DNA of 64,000 nt from positions 142,435 through 206,434 of IMG/VR virus record IMGVR_UViG_3300033076_001232; one strand, 5' to 3'. Under the pieces are notes generated by a model. That model was not told the DNA's origin and searched no databases. It saw only the letters and a program-made list of their open reading frames with translations. A program made the position numbers and the translations under genes. Source of the stretch: a virus. Taxonomy: Duplodnaviria; Heunggongvirae; Uroviricota; Caudoviricetes. Shown here one piece after another: positions 37,066 to 46,370 of the stretch (position 1 is its first letter; each line of letters opens with the position of its first letter).

Positions 37066-37371
37066 ATGGACAAAGAAAGTCGCAGAATAAAAATTAAAGG
37101 CTCCGAGGGAACACCAGTGGATATGTCTAACTGGTACGAGAATCAAAAAAAGAGAGAGAATGCAGAGAGGGAGAGGAAAATAAGGGAAAGAGAAGACGAG
37201 AAGAAAAGAATTGAATCTATAGAGTGTCCGTTCTGCAAATCAACAGACAAGATACATCACATCAAAAGACAAAGCAATGGAATCTATGGTCCAGGTCACA
37301 GTAGCAGGGTAACCGAAGATTATTTGATTTGCAAGGGATGTGGGATTCACTATAGCGATATAAACAAATAA
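37066..37371 (+). CDS. Zinc-ribbon protein (CPFCKS...CKGCG)
   Basis: Two CxxC pairs. Confidence 0.45.
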   Translation: MDKESRRIKIKGSEGTPVDMSNWYENQKKRENAERERKIREREDEKKRIESIECPFCKSTDKIHHIKRQSNGIYGPGHSSRVTEDYLICKGCGIHYSDINK

Positions 37372-37383
37372 AAACAGAATAAC

Positions 37384-37932
37384 ATGGAAACAAAAATTGA
37401 TCCTAGAGAGATTGAAAAAATCGAAAAATTAACAGGGGGTAAAATCGGAACTCATACCTTTGGTCCAAACCAAGAACACACTTTGGAGAATTCCTTTCTA
37501 TCTCAGGATGGAACATATATTGGAGACTTCGAAAGAGCTCAATGGTACGTTGAACAAAAATTGATGGTCGACGAGGAATACCCACATGGAGTTGCTGCCG
37601 TTATTAAGGACGAAACCTACGGAACAGAAATTCCGGAAATAGAAGGCATGTATGGTTACACTCACAGAGGGGGTCAAATGTTTAAAATCGGTGATCGATT
37701 ATTTGACGAAAGTTACAAACCACAGAAGGAGGACTATCCCGAGGATGAATGGTCGAAGTATGAGGAGAGCTTTAAAAAATCTTACGATGAGGCAGACGAC
37801 CTAAATAAAAAATGGATGGATAACGACGGAATCTCTTATGTTATCCCATTTAAAATGAGAGGGAGAAAGAATATCGAAACTATGAGGGAGGCTTTCGAAG
37901 CAGCTAGAAACATGTCAAAGTATTTAAGTTAA
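37384..37932 (+). CDS. Hypothetical protein
   Basis: ORF track. Confidence 0.45.
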   Translation: METKIDPREIEKIEKLTGGKIGTHTFGPNQEHTLENSFLSQDGTYIGDFERAQWYVEQKLMVDEEYPHGVAAVIKDETYGTEIPEIEGMYGYTHRGGQMFKIGDRLFDESYKPQKEDYPEDEWSKYEESFKKSYDEADDLNKKWMDNDGISYVIPFKMRGRKNIETMREAFEAARNMSKYLS

Positions 37933-38108
37933 TGAGGAATCTTCTAGAAAAACTATATTGCTTCTTTGGATGGCATAAATTCACTTCGTCAATCCAAGAT
38001 TACATAGATGAATTCGGCTACGTTCCGCTGGACAATAGGATTGCTAAAAATGCAAGATGCTCCAGATGTAATTCTAAATATGGAGCCGAATAATTTAAAA
38101 CACAAAGA

Positions 38109-39044
38109 ATGAAAAAAAATTTATTATCGACCTCATACAATATGAAGTCTGACCTTGTTTCTATCACCATACCTTATTTAGATTTAGATCTGACTGATCT
38201 AACCCCGGAGATTTTGAATGAGCCTGAAATTTTCTCACAACCTAGAAATTTATCGGCTTATAGTAAATTTGTTCAGCTAGAGAGGTACCAGATTTCAACC
38301 AAATTTTCGAATGACCTAGTTTCGGATCTCCAGCATTTCCACGGGGTCGATGCGGGATCGATGATTAATAATGTCATCTCAGAGGAATTCTTAGTCAAGA
38401 AAGAATCTTTGCTTTATTCTCTCTATCTTGAAAATGCAAAGATAAAATTAGAACCTCGTGAATCTAAATTTGGAGGATGGATTAGGAAAAAACTATTTTC
38501 AGGAAGGGATTTCCCACATTATATTAATATTGAAACCCAAACGGGATCTTCTAAGGTGGTTGATTTGATTTATGAAGCATCCTTCAGGATCAATGACTCC
38601 TGTGTGTTTGGTCCTGGTAATTTTGTTGTCTGCTCACCTCGAATATGTTCTCTAATTAGTAACGATAGAAGATTTGTTTCGGACAATGATCACTCTTTCT
38701 CTCCAATAAATACTGAACTGCTGGGACATTTAAATTCGAATAACAGAATAGATGTGTACGTCAATCCAAAATTAACTTGGGAAGACACTACAATAATAGT
38801 TGGCAGATCCAATTGGGAATCATTAGAAAATGGAACCTATATTGTTGAGAAGAATGATTCACCAACGATCGAGACAATGGAATCGTTACATCAAGGTTTA
38901 GAGAAAGTCACAAGGGGTGTTCATTATATGACAGTGGGTAACCTTTCAAGAGAATCTACATATTCGAGATTTGTAAGGATAGACATAGCGACTGGAAAAA
39001 AACCTTTCTGGAGGAAACTATTGTACTTGTTTGGAGTTGAATAA
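38109..39044 (+). CDS. Hypothetical protein
   Basis: ORF track. Confidence 0.45.
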   Translation: MKKNLLSTSYNMKSDLVSITIPYLDLDLTDLTPEILNEPEIFSQPRNLSAYSKFVQLERYQISTKFSNDLVSDLQHFHGVDAGSMINNVISEEFLVKKESLLYSLYLENAKIKLEPRESKFGGWIRKKLFSGRDFPHYINIETQTGSSKVVDLIYEASFRINDSCVFGPGNFVVCSPRICSLISNDRRFVSDNDHSFSPINTELLGHLNSNNRIDVYVNPKLTWEDTTIIVGRSNWESLENGTYIVEKNDSPTIETMESLHQGLEKVTRGVHYMTVGNLSRESTYSRFVRIDIATGKKPFWRKLLYLFGVE

Positions 39045-39055
39045 GAAAAAATAAG

Positions 39056-39316
39056 ATGAAAAACATAGAGGGAAAAAAGGAACTTATTATCAAATGTGTA
39101 GATAACTGCTGTTGTCTTTCAGTCGACAAATATGATGACTGTGGAGACCACTACATAACCCTATATAAAAGCTACGGGAGAAAGAGCTTTTGGTTTAGAC
39201 TAAAAGATATCTGGAAGATATTGACAGGAGATCAGATCTCCTCATTTGATATAGTCTTATCCGAGGAGGATTTCAATAAAATAAAAAGATTCAACAGTGA
39301 GAAGGAGAATTTATAA
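39056..39316 (+). CDS. Small Cys-rich protein
   Basis: CVDNCCCLSVDKYDDCGDH. Confidence 0.4.
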   Translation: MKNIEGKKELIIKCVDNCCCLSVDKYDDCGDHYITLYKSYGRKSFWFRLKDIWKILTGDQISSFDIVLSEEDFNKIKRFNSEKENL

Positions 39317-39393
39317 GATTCTCTTCTTACTATCTGAACTTTTTAAACGTAGGAGGAAAAGAAAAACAATTTGGGAACTGGAAGATTAGGTTT

Positions 39394-39939
39394 ATGACTT
39401 GTATAGTTGGATATTTAGATAAGAAAAACAAGAAAGCATTTGTTGGCGGGGATTCTGCGGGAGTCGCAGGATTAGATATCACCATTCGTAAGGATGTAAA
39501 GGTCTTTAAGGTTGATGATTTTGTCATAGGATGCACTTCTTCCTTCCGCATGATACAACTATTGAGATTTTCATTTAGTCCTCCTAAACTTAAAAAAAAG
39601 GATGTCTACGAGTATATGTGCACCGACTTTATAGATGCTGTAAGAGAATGCTTTAAAAAGGGTGGATTTTTACAGAAGTATACCGAAGGTGACGAGAAGG
39701 GTGGAACATTTATAGTAGCTTACAAGGACCGATTGTTTGAAATAGACGATGATTTTCAGGTTGGTGAAAATCTGAACGGCGTTTCTGCAGTTGGCTGCGG
39801 TAAGAACTATGCTCTTGGCGCTCTTCATGCTCTTCGGGAAAAGGAGGGGGATCCAGAAAAGATAGTATTAGCTGCATTGTCAGCAGCAGAGTTTTATTCA
39901 GGAGGTGTCTCATCTCCTTTTATAATAGAAAAAACATGA
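39394..39939 (+). CDS. HslV/proteasome-beta-like Ntn-hydrolase peptidase
   Basis: N-terminal M-TCIVG (Thr nucleophile after Met removal), GGDSAG, KDVKVFKVDDFVIG, AVGCGKNYALGALHAL align with HslV TTIVS..GDGQAT..KKVRRLYNDKVIAG..IGSGG. Confidence 0.55.
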   Translation: MTCIVGYLDKKNKKAFVGGDSAGVAGLDITIRKDVKVFKVDDFVIGCTSSFRMIQLLRFSFSPPKLKKKDVYEYMCTDFIDAVRECFKKGGFLQKYTEGDEKGGTFIVAYKDRLFEIDDDFQVGENLNGVSAVGCGKNYALGALHALREKEGDPEKIVLAALSAAEFYSGGVSSPFIIEKT

Positions 39940-40280
39940 GTAAATTAGTTTACATAGCATCTCCATATTCTAGTCCGGATGATAGAGTAAGACATGAGAA
40001 TTATTTGATTGTTACCAAGATAGCAGCGGATCTTGTTTCGCGTGGTCAGGTTGCAATCTCACCGATCACTTATGGTCACATGTTATTAGAGCATGCGTCG
40101 ATGCCAACCGACTGGGAATTCTGGGAGAACTTTTGTATCACACTCCTACGGAAGTGCGAGAAAATGATAGTCTGCAACAATATGGTCGGTTGGGATAAAT
40201 CCCGAGGTGTTGCCGCAGAGATTGAGTTCGCAAAACAGAACGGGATCGAAATAGAATATCTGATTAAACCAAAAGAATAA
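39936..40280 (+). CDS. Nucleoside 2-deoxyribosyltransferase-like (DUF1937-type) protein
   Basis: VYIASPYS and SRGVAAEIEFAKQNGIEI catalytic-Glu motif. Confidence 0.5.
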   Translation: MSKLVYIASPYSSPDDRVRHENYLIVTKIAADLVSRGQVAISPITYGHMLLEHASMPTDWEFWENFCITLLRKCEKMIVCNNMVGWDKSRGVAAEIEFAKQNGIEIEYLIKPKE

Positions 40281-40283
40281 AAA

Positions 40284-40991
40284 ATGGACGGTAGATTTTC
40301 TTGGTGTGGACATGAATGGATAACTTCAGAGAGATGGGGTTTAATCCACCAGAATAAACCCTACTGCTGGTATGACAACTCAGCTGTTCATATGAACTCC
40401 GATAAGTCAATAACTTTAAAGACTCATAAGAACCCAAGATACTTTGAGAATTTGAAAATCTCATCTCCTGTTGGTGTGGGTCTAATTTCATGTACAACAA
40501 AATTTGGGCACGGTAGATTTTCTTTAGAAGCTAAACTTCCATCTGGTCCTAATCTATGGCCAGCATTTTGGATGTGGAGCTGGGATTCTTGGCCTCCGGA
40601 AATAGATGTGTTTGAGGGGTATACCAATTCTAAGGGAAGTTATTTTAAAATGAGATTTCCGGAGATATTGGGATTTTGGAATCTACAGAGCAATGTGCAT
40701 TACATCGAAGACGGGAAGGGAAAAATGGCAGGTCCTAAGAATCATTGGATAGGATTAAAGAGTCCGCACAAAGATTTTATTAAATATGAGGTTGAATGGA
40801 GACCCGATCGGATAGATTTTTTCTGGAACGGTAAAAAGGTAAGATCTATCAAGGATAAGATGATACTGGACCAAATGAATTCAACCACTATGAATGTTGT
40901 TATAAACAACAGTATCACAGCGGAAACCGACACTGATAATCCTCCGGTATCTGAGTTTGTTGTTAGAAATTTCGAGTATTATAAATTATAG
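40284..40991 (+). CDS. Glycoside hydrolase family 16-like (beta-glucanase/laminarinase fold)
   Basis: WPAFWMW and EIDVFEG (ExDxxE catalytic motif); no signal peptide. Confidence 0.55.
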   Translation: MDGRFSWCGHEWITSERWGLIHQNKPYCWYDNSAVHMNSDKSITLKTHKNPRYFENLKISSPVGVGLISCTTKFGHGRFSLEAKLPSGPNLWPAFWMWSWDSWPPEIDVFEGYTNSKGSYFKMRFPEILGFWNLQSNVHYIEDGKGKMAGPKNHWIGLKSPHKDFIKYEVEWRPDRIDFFWNGKKVRSIKDKMILDQMNSTTMNVVINNSITAETDTDNPPVSEFVVRNFEYYKL

Positions 40992-40996
40992 CATAT

Positions 40997-41584
40997 ATGT
41001 CATTCGCTAACGATACAAAATTACAAGAATATCTTTCCCCTGTATTTTTCGAAACTGGTACATTTTTAGGTGAAGGCACAAAAAAAGCTTTAAGTAGCGG
41101 ATTCGAGAAAGTTATAACAATCGAACTCCAGGAATATCTATATAACCAATGCGTAAACGGGGATCTTTCCGGAGAAAATAAGGATTTAGTCGAAGAGATA
41201 AAAAGTGGGAGGGTTGATATTCACTTAGGAGATTCTAAGGATCTTATGTGGAGACTAATTGAAAATATAGATGAGAGGATAACATTCTGGTTAGATGCAC
41301 ATATAGATGGTGGGAATTATATCCAGGAGGTAACCCCCGACATTCCAATGTGTCCACTTTATGAGGAACTTAGAATAATCAAGAAGCATAAGAGAAATGA
41401 TCATATCATATTGATTGACGACATAAGAATAATGGGAAATTTCGAGAAGAGTGGTCACGGTTGGGGAACTTATGTCAGTCTGGATATGATTAAAGATCTG
41501 ATAATAGATATTAATCCGAATTATGTGTTTAAATTTGAGGATGGGGTTGAGCCTGATGATATATTAGTCGCTTACCTGCCTTAA
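40997..41584 (+). CDS. Hypothetical protein, possible SAM-dependent methyltransferase-like N-terminus
   Basis: FETGTFLGEGT glycine-rich motif. Confidence 0.35.
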   Translation: MSFANDTKLQEYLSPVFFETGTFLGEGTKKALSSGFEKVITIELQEYLYNQCVNGDLSGENKDLVEEIKSGRVDIHLGDSKDLMWRLIENIDERITFWLDAHIDGGNYIQEVTPDIPMCPLYEELRIIKKHKRNDHIILIDDIRIMGNFEKSGHGWGTYVSLDMIKDLIIDINPNYVFKFEDGVEPDDILVAYLP

Positions 41585-41600
41585 AATATATTAATAAAAT

Positions 41601-41921
41601 ATGGCGAGAAAAGTAACGTGGAAATGTGATATTTGTGAATCTGTACAGGAATCATACTCAAATAAAAGATGGGATATGGATGTTTGCGAATGTGGCAAAT
41701 CTGGATATGACCTGGAAGAATGGTATTCCCGAACTATGGGTAAAATATCGATAATATCGGAGGAAGTAATTCCCGCGGAGGGTGAGATTAAATTATCTGA
41801 GGATGATTCTAAAATTTTTATAGATTCGATTTTAAATCCGGCGGAGCCGAATGAAAAATTGAAAAAAGCTTTCGAAGATTACAAAAATAATTCAAATGAG
41901 ACAGACGGGGAGAACATCTAG
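41601..41921 (+). CDS. Zinc-ribbon protein
   Basis: CDICES...CECGKSG. Confidence 0.45.
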   Translation: MARKVTWKCDICESVQESYSNKRWDMDVCECGKSGYDLEEWYSRTMGKISIISEEVIPAEGEIKLSEDDSKIFIDSILNPAEPNEKLKKAFEDYKNNSNETDGENI

Positions 41922-42186
41922 AATAGTTGATTTTGTAATAGATCAGCTGCATCAGAACCTAGAATGCGTTGCCACAGATCATACTGCTTATGAATTCGGG
42001 GCTAGAGCTGACGGGACACTTAGAAATTTCATAGATAGAGTTAAGAGGAGGTTGCATGAAACTTCGAATGGAAGAATGACATGTGAGGGTGAAATAATTT
42101 CTCTCGGAAGAGGGTCTAGACTTTCAGTAGTTCACTTTACAGCTAAGATGAAAGAAAAAGAAGTTGAATTTTTTCAAATTAAATAA
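41896..42186 (+). CDS. Hypothetical protein
   Basis: ORF track; overlaps previous by 26 nt. Confidence 0.35.
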   Translation: MRQTGRTSRIVDFVIDQLHQNLECVATDHTAYEFGARADGTLRNFIDRVKRRLHETSNGRMTCEGEIISLGRGSRLSVVHFTAKMKEKEVEFFQIK

Positions 42187-42355
42187 AAATAGATTATGAA
42201 AAGAAGTACAATAGAAGATGAGATCAGATGGAGATCTTTCCTACATGGTAGCATAGTTGGCATTCTGGCAGGAATAGGAATATGCGGGATTCTCTTTATC
42301 TTAGGATTGGTCTAATTTTTAGGTTATATACCATAAAATTAGAAGATAGAGGAGA

Positions 42356-42688
42356 ATGAAAGCTCAAATGTTTAATCACTCGGAATGGGTGTCGGAGACA
42401 GATCCGTTTAAATTAAGAACCACGTATAATGAACTTCTGAAAGACAGTGGATTTGGAATCCTAAGTTTTATGGAATATTCTTTCGAACCGCAGGGTTACA
42501 CTGCAATATGGTTGCTATCAGAAAGTCATTTTGCTATACACACCTTTCCAGAGGAGGGTAAATCATACATAGAATTATCTTCCTGTATTGAGGATCAATA
42601 TAGAAAGTTTATGCAGATTTCGGATCAATCTCTGAATGCTGAAATAGCTGTCATTAAATCTGATCTAGAGTCAAGCATCGATATATAG
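42356..42688 (+). CDS. speH: S-adenosylmethionine decarboxylase proenzyme (small pyruvoyl-dependent class)
   Basis: GYTAIWLLSESHFAIHTFPEEG contains the E-S self-cleavage site and HTFPE motif. Confidence 0.65.
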   Translation: MKAQMFNHSEWVSETDPFKLRTTYNELLKDSGFGILSFMEYSFEPQGYTAIWLLSESHFAIHTFPEEGKSYIELSSCIEDQYRKFMQISDQSLNAEIAVIKSDLESSIDI

Positions 42689-42691
42689 GGT

Positions 42692-43597
42692 ATGAAAAAT
42701 CTTATAAATTTCGAATCCTGGATTTCTTTGAATGAAGCTATAGTGATGCCTCCGGAAATATACGGAGTAGATCCAGACAAATATGGGGAAACTATAGGAA
42801 TTATTGACAAGACAGCCAAAAATTATAAGATAAATGATCTGAATTTACCACCAGAGAAACCAATTGGTGATATAGCTAAGTCTGCATGGGCTAATTTAAA
42901 TGTACCAACTCGAGCAATTTCAAATACGGAAGGGGGAAATTTAGGTTGCGCTGCAGCAACTTCCATTATGTTCTATAGAGCAACTGGTCTTCCGATCGTT
43001 AAGGAGTACTCAAAAAATCCAATAGTTCTTGGAACCTCTGCACTTTGGAGCGCATTTACAGGGAAGGATAAGGATAGATGGGAAATTATTAAAAATTGGA
43101 GAACTGACTATAAGCCGGGTGACATAATATTAACAAGTAGAGGTCCAGGTGGAGCCGGACACGTTGGTGTGGTTGTTGAAGACGGGAAGATAATATCAAA
43201 TTCGTCAGGAGGATTTAACGGAGATAAGAAGGGCCAAATTGAGCTAAATTATGATATAAAATCCTGGGAAAGTATTGCCAAGAAAAATCCAACACAAACA
43301 GCTTGTTTCAGATACAAAGGGGACTATTTGGACAAATGGGGAGGATCTCCTATTATGACCCCAATAGGGACCAATGATTCCGATGCTAATAAGAAATCAG
43401 AGGAACTTCCTAATTCTGTAATTAAATACAATGAAATTCTATATCTAAAACCACTGGATGCAAAAGAAATGTATTCAGTTCTAGGCGATCAGAGAACCAT
43501 GGATAAGTTAATTATCAAATCCGTTGAGAATGAGGAACCTGCTAAAAAGAAAAGAATTCTAGGATTAATCAAATCCAAAAAATATAGCGATAAATAA
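42692..43597 (+). CDS. CHAP/NlpC-P60-like cysteine peptidase domain protein (cell-wall hydrolase candidate)
   Basis: Cys in GNLGCAAATS and His in GAGHVGVVVEDG with CHAP-like spacing. Confidence 0.5.
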   Translation: MKNLINFESWISLNEAIVMPPEIYGVDPDKYGETIGIIDKTAKNYKINDLNLPPEKPIGDIAKSAWANLNVPTRAISNTEGGNLGCAAATSIMFYRATGLPIVKEYSKNPIVLGTSALWSAFTGKDKDRWEIIKNWRTDYKPGDIILTSRGPGGAGHVGVVVEDGKIISNSSGGFNGDKKGQIELNYDIKSWESIAKKNPTQTACFRYKGDYLDKWGGSPIMTPIGTNDSDANKKSEELPNSVIKYNEILYLKPLDAKEMYSVLGDQRTMDKLIIKSVENEEPAKKKRILGLIKSKKYSDK

Positions 43598-43653
43598 TTT
43601 TAAGATCGGAGAGAACATTCCATATCTAATGGAATAGAATCATAAAAGTCCGA

Positions 43654-44016
43654 ATGAGAAAAATTAAGATTCTTTACGATTTTCTTAGATTGTGGATTAT
43701 GTGGGGAGATAGGAAGGAAGCATGGCAAGACGCAAATTCTATAAACGATCCTAATTTCCAGAAAGAACTGGAAGAGATATCCAATAAGTTAGATCAGGTT
43801 CTCTTAGAAAAGAATCCAAATTTTAAAGAAGTCTGTCTTGAGATATCTCAAAGACTTTCCAATTTACCTTACGATAATGGAGACATATCAGACATCGGTA
43901 ACGAGATAGGTATTGTTCTGGGTAAACATATCCAGGATGGGTCTTTCGGATGGGAAAGAGGAGATTTAAATTCTGGACTAAATCATGGTATATCAATAGC
44001 TAATGGAACACACTAA
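43654..44016 (+). CDS. Hypothetical protein
   Basis: ORF track. Confidence 0.4.
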   Translation: MRKIKILYDFLRLWIMWGDRKEAWQDANSINDPNFQKELEEISNKLDQVLLEKNPNFKEVCLEISQRLSNLPYDNGDISDIGNEIGIVLGKHIQDGSFGWERGDLNSGLNHGISIANGTH

Positions 44017-45163
44017 GAATATGAATAACATAGACAAGCAGTACTTAGATCTACTCCAGGATATATTGGACAATGGAGTAGAAAAAAGAGATAGAACCGG
44101 AACGGGGACTATCTCAGTTTTTGGTAGACAGATAAGACATAAGATGTCGGAAGGATTTCCTTTGCTTACGACGAAGAAGATGTACTGGAAAGGAATCGTA
44201 ACCGAGCTACTTTGGTTTTTAAGAGGTGATACCAATATTAAATTCTTGGTCGATAACAACTGCCACATCTGGGACGGCGACGCATACAAGAACTATCAGA
44301 GCAAACAAAAGAAACCTAAGGTCGGAGACTGGGAAAATTACATAGATTGCTACTGTGGACATACCGATACATGTTCTTGCGGAATTATGTCAAAGACAGA
44401 ATTTATAGAAAAAATTAAATCAAGCAAAGTGTTCTCAGATAAATGGGGAGAGCTCGGTCCTATTTATGGAAAGCAGTGGAGATCATTCGGTCCATCTGAC
44501 GAATACTATAATGGAACAGAGTGGGTTTATATAAGCCCAATAGATCAGATAGCTAAAGCTATAGAAATGATAAAGGAGGATCCAGATTCTAGAAGAATTA
44601 TGGTTACCGCATGGAATCCCTCAGATTTGCCTAAATCTGTACTCCCACCTTGCCATTATGGATTTCAATTTTATACAAGAGAGTTGAGCGATGAAGAAAG
44701 AGTAAAGTTATATGAACAAAAAACAAACACAGATACTTCATTCTTTCCAGTACTTACAGAAACCTTAGCTTTCCATAATATACCAACCAGAGCAATCTCT
44801 TTAATGTATAATGCCAGAAGTCAAGATGTTCCTCTAGGAACACCGTTTAATATAGCTTCATATGCTCTTCTTCTTTCGATAATTGCAGAAATAACTAACA
44901 CTGTACCGGAAGAAGTTATAGCTAACATGGGGGATTGTCACATCTATCTAAATCAGATAGATGGCATAAAGGAACAGATAAGCAGGTCTCCAAAAGAGTT
45001 GCCTCAATTGCAGATCAACAAGGAACCATTTGACAATTATCTTTTCGCCTCACATTCAGAAAAAACGTCAATCAATCATTTAATTAACGATTTGAAGCCG
45101 GAACACTTTAATATTTCGGGATATGATCCACATCCAACGATAAAGATTCCATTGAGTAATTAA
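44003..45163 (+). CDS. thyA: Thymidylate synthase (ThyA) with two internal insertions
   Basis: DRTGTGT, LLWFLRGDTN, DLGPIYGKQWR, DPDSRRIMVTAWN, PPCHYGFQFY, PFNIASYALL, GDCHIYLNQ, YDPHP all in ThyA order; ~45-aa Cys-rich insert and ~30-aa insert. Confidence 0.85.
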   Translation: MEHTKNMNNIDKQYLDLLQDILDNGVEKRDRTGTGTISVFGRQIRHKMSEGFPLLTTKKMYWKGIVTELLWFLRGDTNIKFLVDNNCHIWDGDAYKNYQSKQKKPKVGDWENYIDCYCGHTDTCSCGIMSKTEFIEKIKSSKVFSDKWGELGPIYGKQWRSFGPSDEYYNGTEWVYISPIDQIAKAIEMIKEDPDSRRIMVTAWNPSDLPKSVLPPCHYGFQFYTRELSDEERVKLYEQKTNTDTSFFPVLTETLAFHNIPTRAISLMYNARSQDVPLGTPFNIASYALLLSIIAEITNTVPEEVIANMGDCHIYLNQIDGIKEQISRSPKELPQLQINKEPFDNYLFASHSEKTSINHLINDLKPEHFNISGYDPHPTIKIPLSN

Positions 45164-45180
45164 TTTTTAAACTTAAGAAA

Positions 45181-45669
45181 ATGCCAGTAATGATAAAGGA
45201 TTCACGTTTCTATAATAACGGATCATCAAATAGAGCCTTTGGAACTTCCGGAATGGCTGGAATACCAGGAATTCCCGGGGTTTCTGGATTTGTCTCAATC
45301 ACGGAAGGTCTCCCAGTTTCATATGAAGAAATTCCCAGAACTGCCAAATTAGAAAGCAGATTTGTAGATTTGTACGACGATTACGATTTCTCACTATATT
45401 CCGCCGAATTAAAGAATCAATCCAGTATAATTGATGTGGTAAGCAGGGTGTCTTCTGAAGTAAGCGATTCAAATCCAGTAGGGAGCAAAGGAAATGTCGG
45501 AAAGGTAAAAAATGAAGTTGTCGGTATTAACACACAGATCTCTAAGAAATCTAAAAATCTTAAAGGAAGTAGTATTAAGAAAGAAAAAAATCAAATTTTA
45601 AAAACTGTTCTGCAGAACTTTTTCCCAGTAAGCGCATTTACTTCTATTTACGAAAAAATTAGAAGATGA
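45181..45669 (+). CDS. Hypothetical protein
   Basis: ORF track. Confidence 0.45.
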   Translation: MPVMIKDSRFYNNGSSNRAFGTSGMAGIPGIPGVSGFVSITEGLPVSYEEIPRTAKLESRFVDLYDDYDFSLYSAELKNQSSIIDVVSRVSSEVSDSNPVGSKGNVGKVKNEVVGINTQISKKSKNLKGSSIKKEKNQILKTVLQNFFPVSAFTSIYEKIRR

Positions 45670-46091
45670 AGACCGGTATAATAGCAGGTAATTTTGATGT
45701 AATCCATCCAGGCTACATTGAGATGTTTAATGAGTGTAAGGAGCATTGTGAATCCCTAGTAGTTTTATTGCATGAAGATCCTAGTCTGGAACGTCCGGAA
45801 AAAATGAAGCCAATTCTATCTTTGGATGATCGTATTAAGATTTTGAATTCTCTAAAACAAGTGGATGGTGTTATGACATATAAAACGGAGAGAGATCTTT
45901 ATAAGATAATAAGCTCCGGGATAAGATTAGAATTCTTTACTGTCAGGTTTCTTGGAGATGATTATAAGGGGAAATCATTTACCGGCGATGATCTTAATAT
46001 CCCGATCCACTATCTGAATAGGGATCATGGCTGGTCTACAACAAAATATAAAAAATTGATAGCGGAATCGATAACTGCTAAATATAATTAA
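45666..46091 (+). CDS. Cytidylyltransferase-like nucleotidyltransferase (HxGH-superfamily; NMNAT- or RfaE-domain-II-like)
   Basis: GNFDVIHPGY motif near N-terminus; ~140 aa. Confidence 0.45.
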   Translation: MKTGIIAGNFDVIHPGYIEMFNECKEHCESLVVLLHEDPSLERPEKMKPILSLDDRIKILNSLKQVDGVMTYKTERDLYKIISSGIRLEFFTVRFLGDDYKGKSFTGDDLNIPIHYLNRDHGWSTTKYKKLIAESITAKYN

Positions 46092-46303
46092 TAGTTCCTA
46101 TCCGGAAAAAGAGGATCCGGTTCTATGACTGTTTCTTTCTTATTCTTCAAATAATGTAAAGCTGTTTGCCCCATCTGATCCATGATTGAGGGCATCTGAA
46201 AAGGCTCGTTACATTCCACACCTCTCGATCCAGTTAAATGTGGATTCATTGCTTCTAATCTTTTGGAAATCTGATCTAGATATTCTTTACTAGGCATTGA
46301 CAT
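46088..46303 (-). CDS. Hypothetical protein, lone minus-strand gene
   Basis: Only ORF in a ~280-nt stretch lacking + strand ORFs; divergent from 46371 gene. Confidence 0.35.
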   Translation of the reverse strand: MSMPSKEYLDQISKRLEAMNPHLTGSRGVECNEPFQMPSIMDQMGQTALHYLKNKKETVIEPDPLFPDRNY

Positions 46304-46370
46304 ATTTTATATATCGCAGATTTTTTTTTGTCGATTCTTTTGATTATCTTTAGGTTCAAACCAAGCTAAA

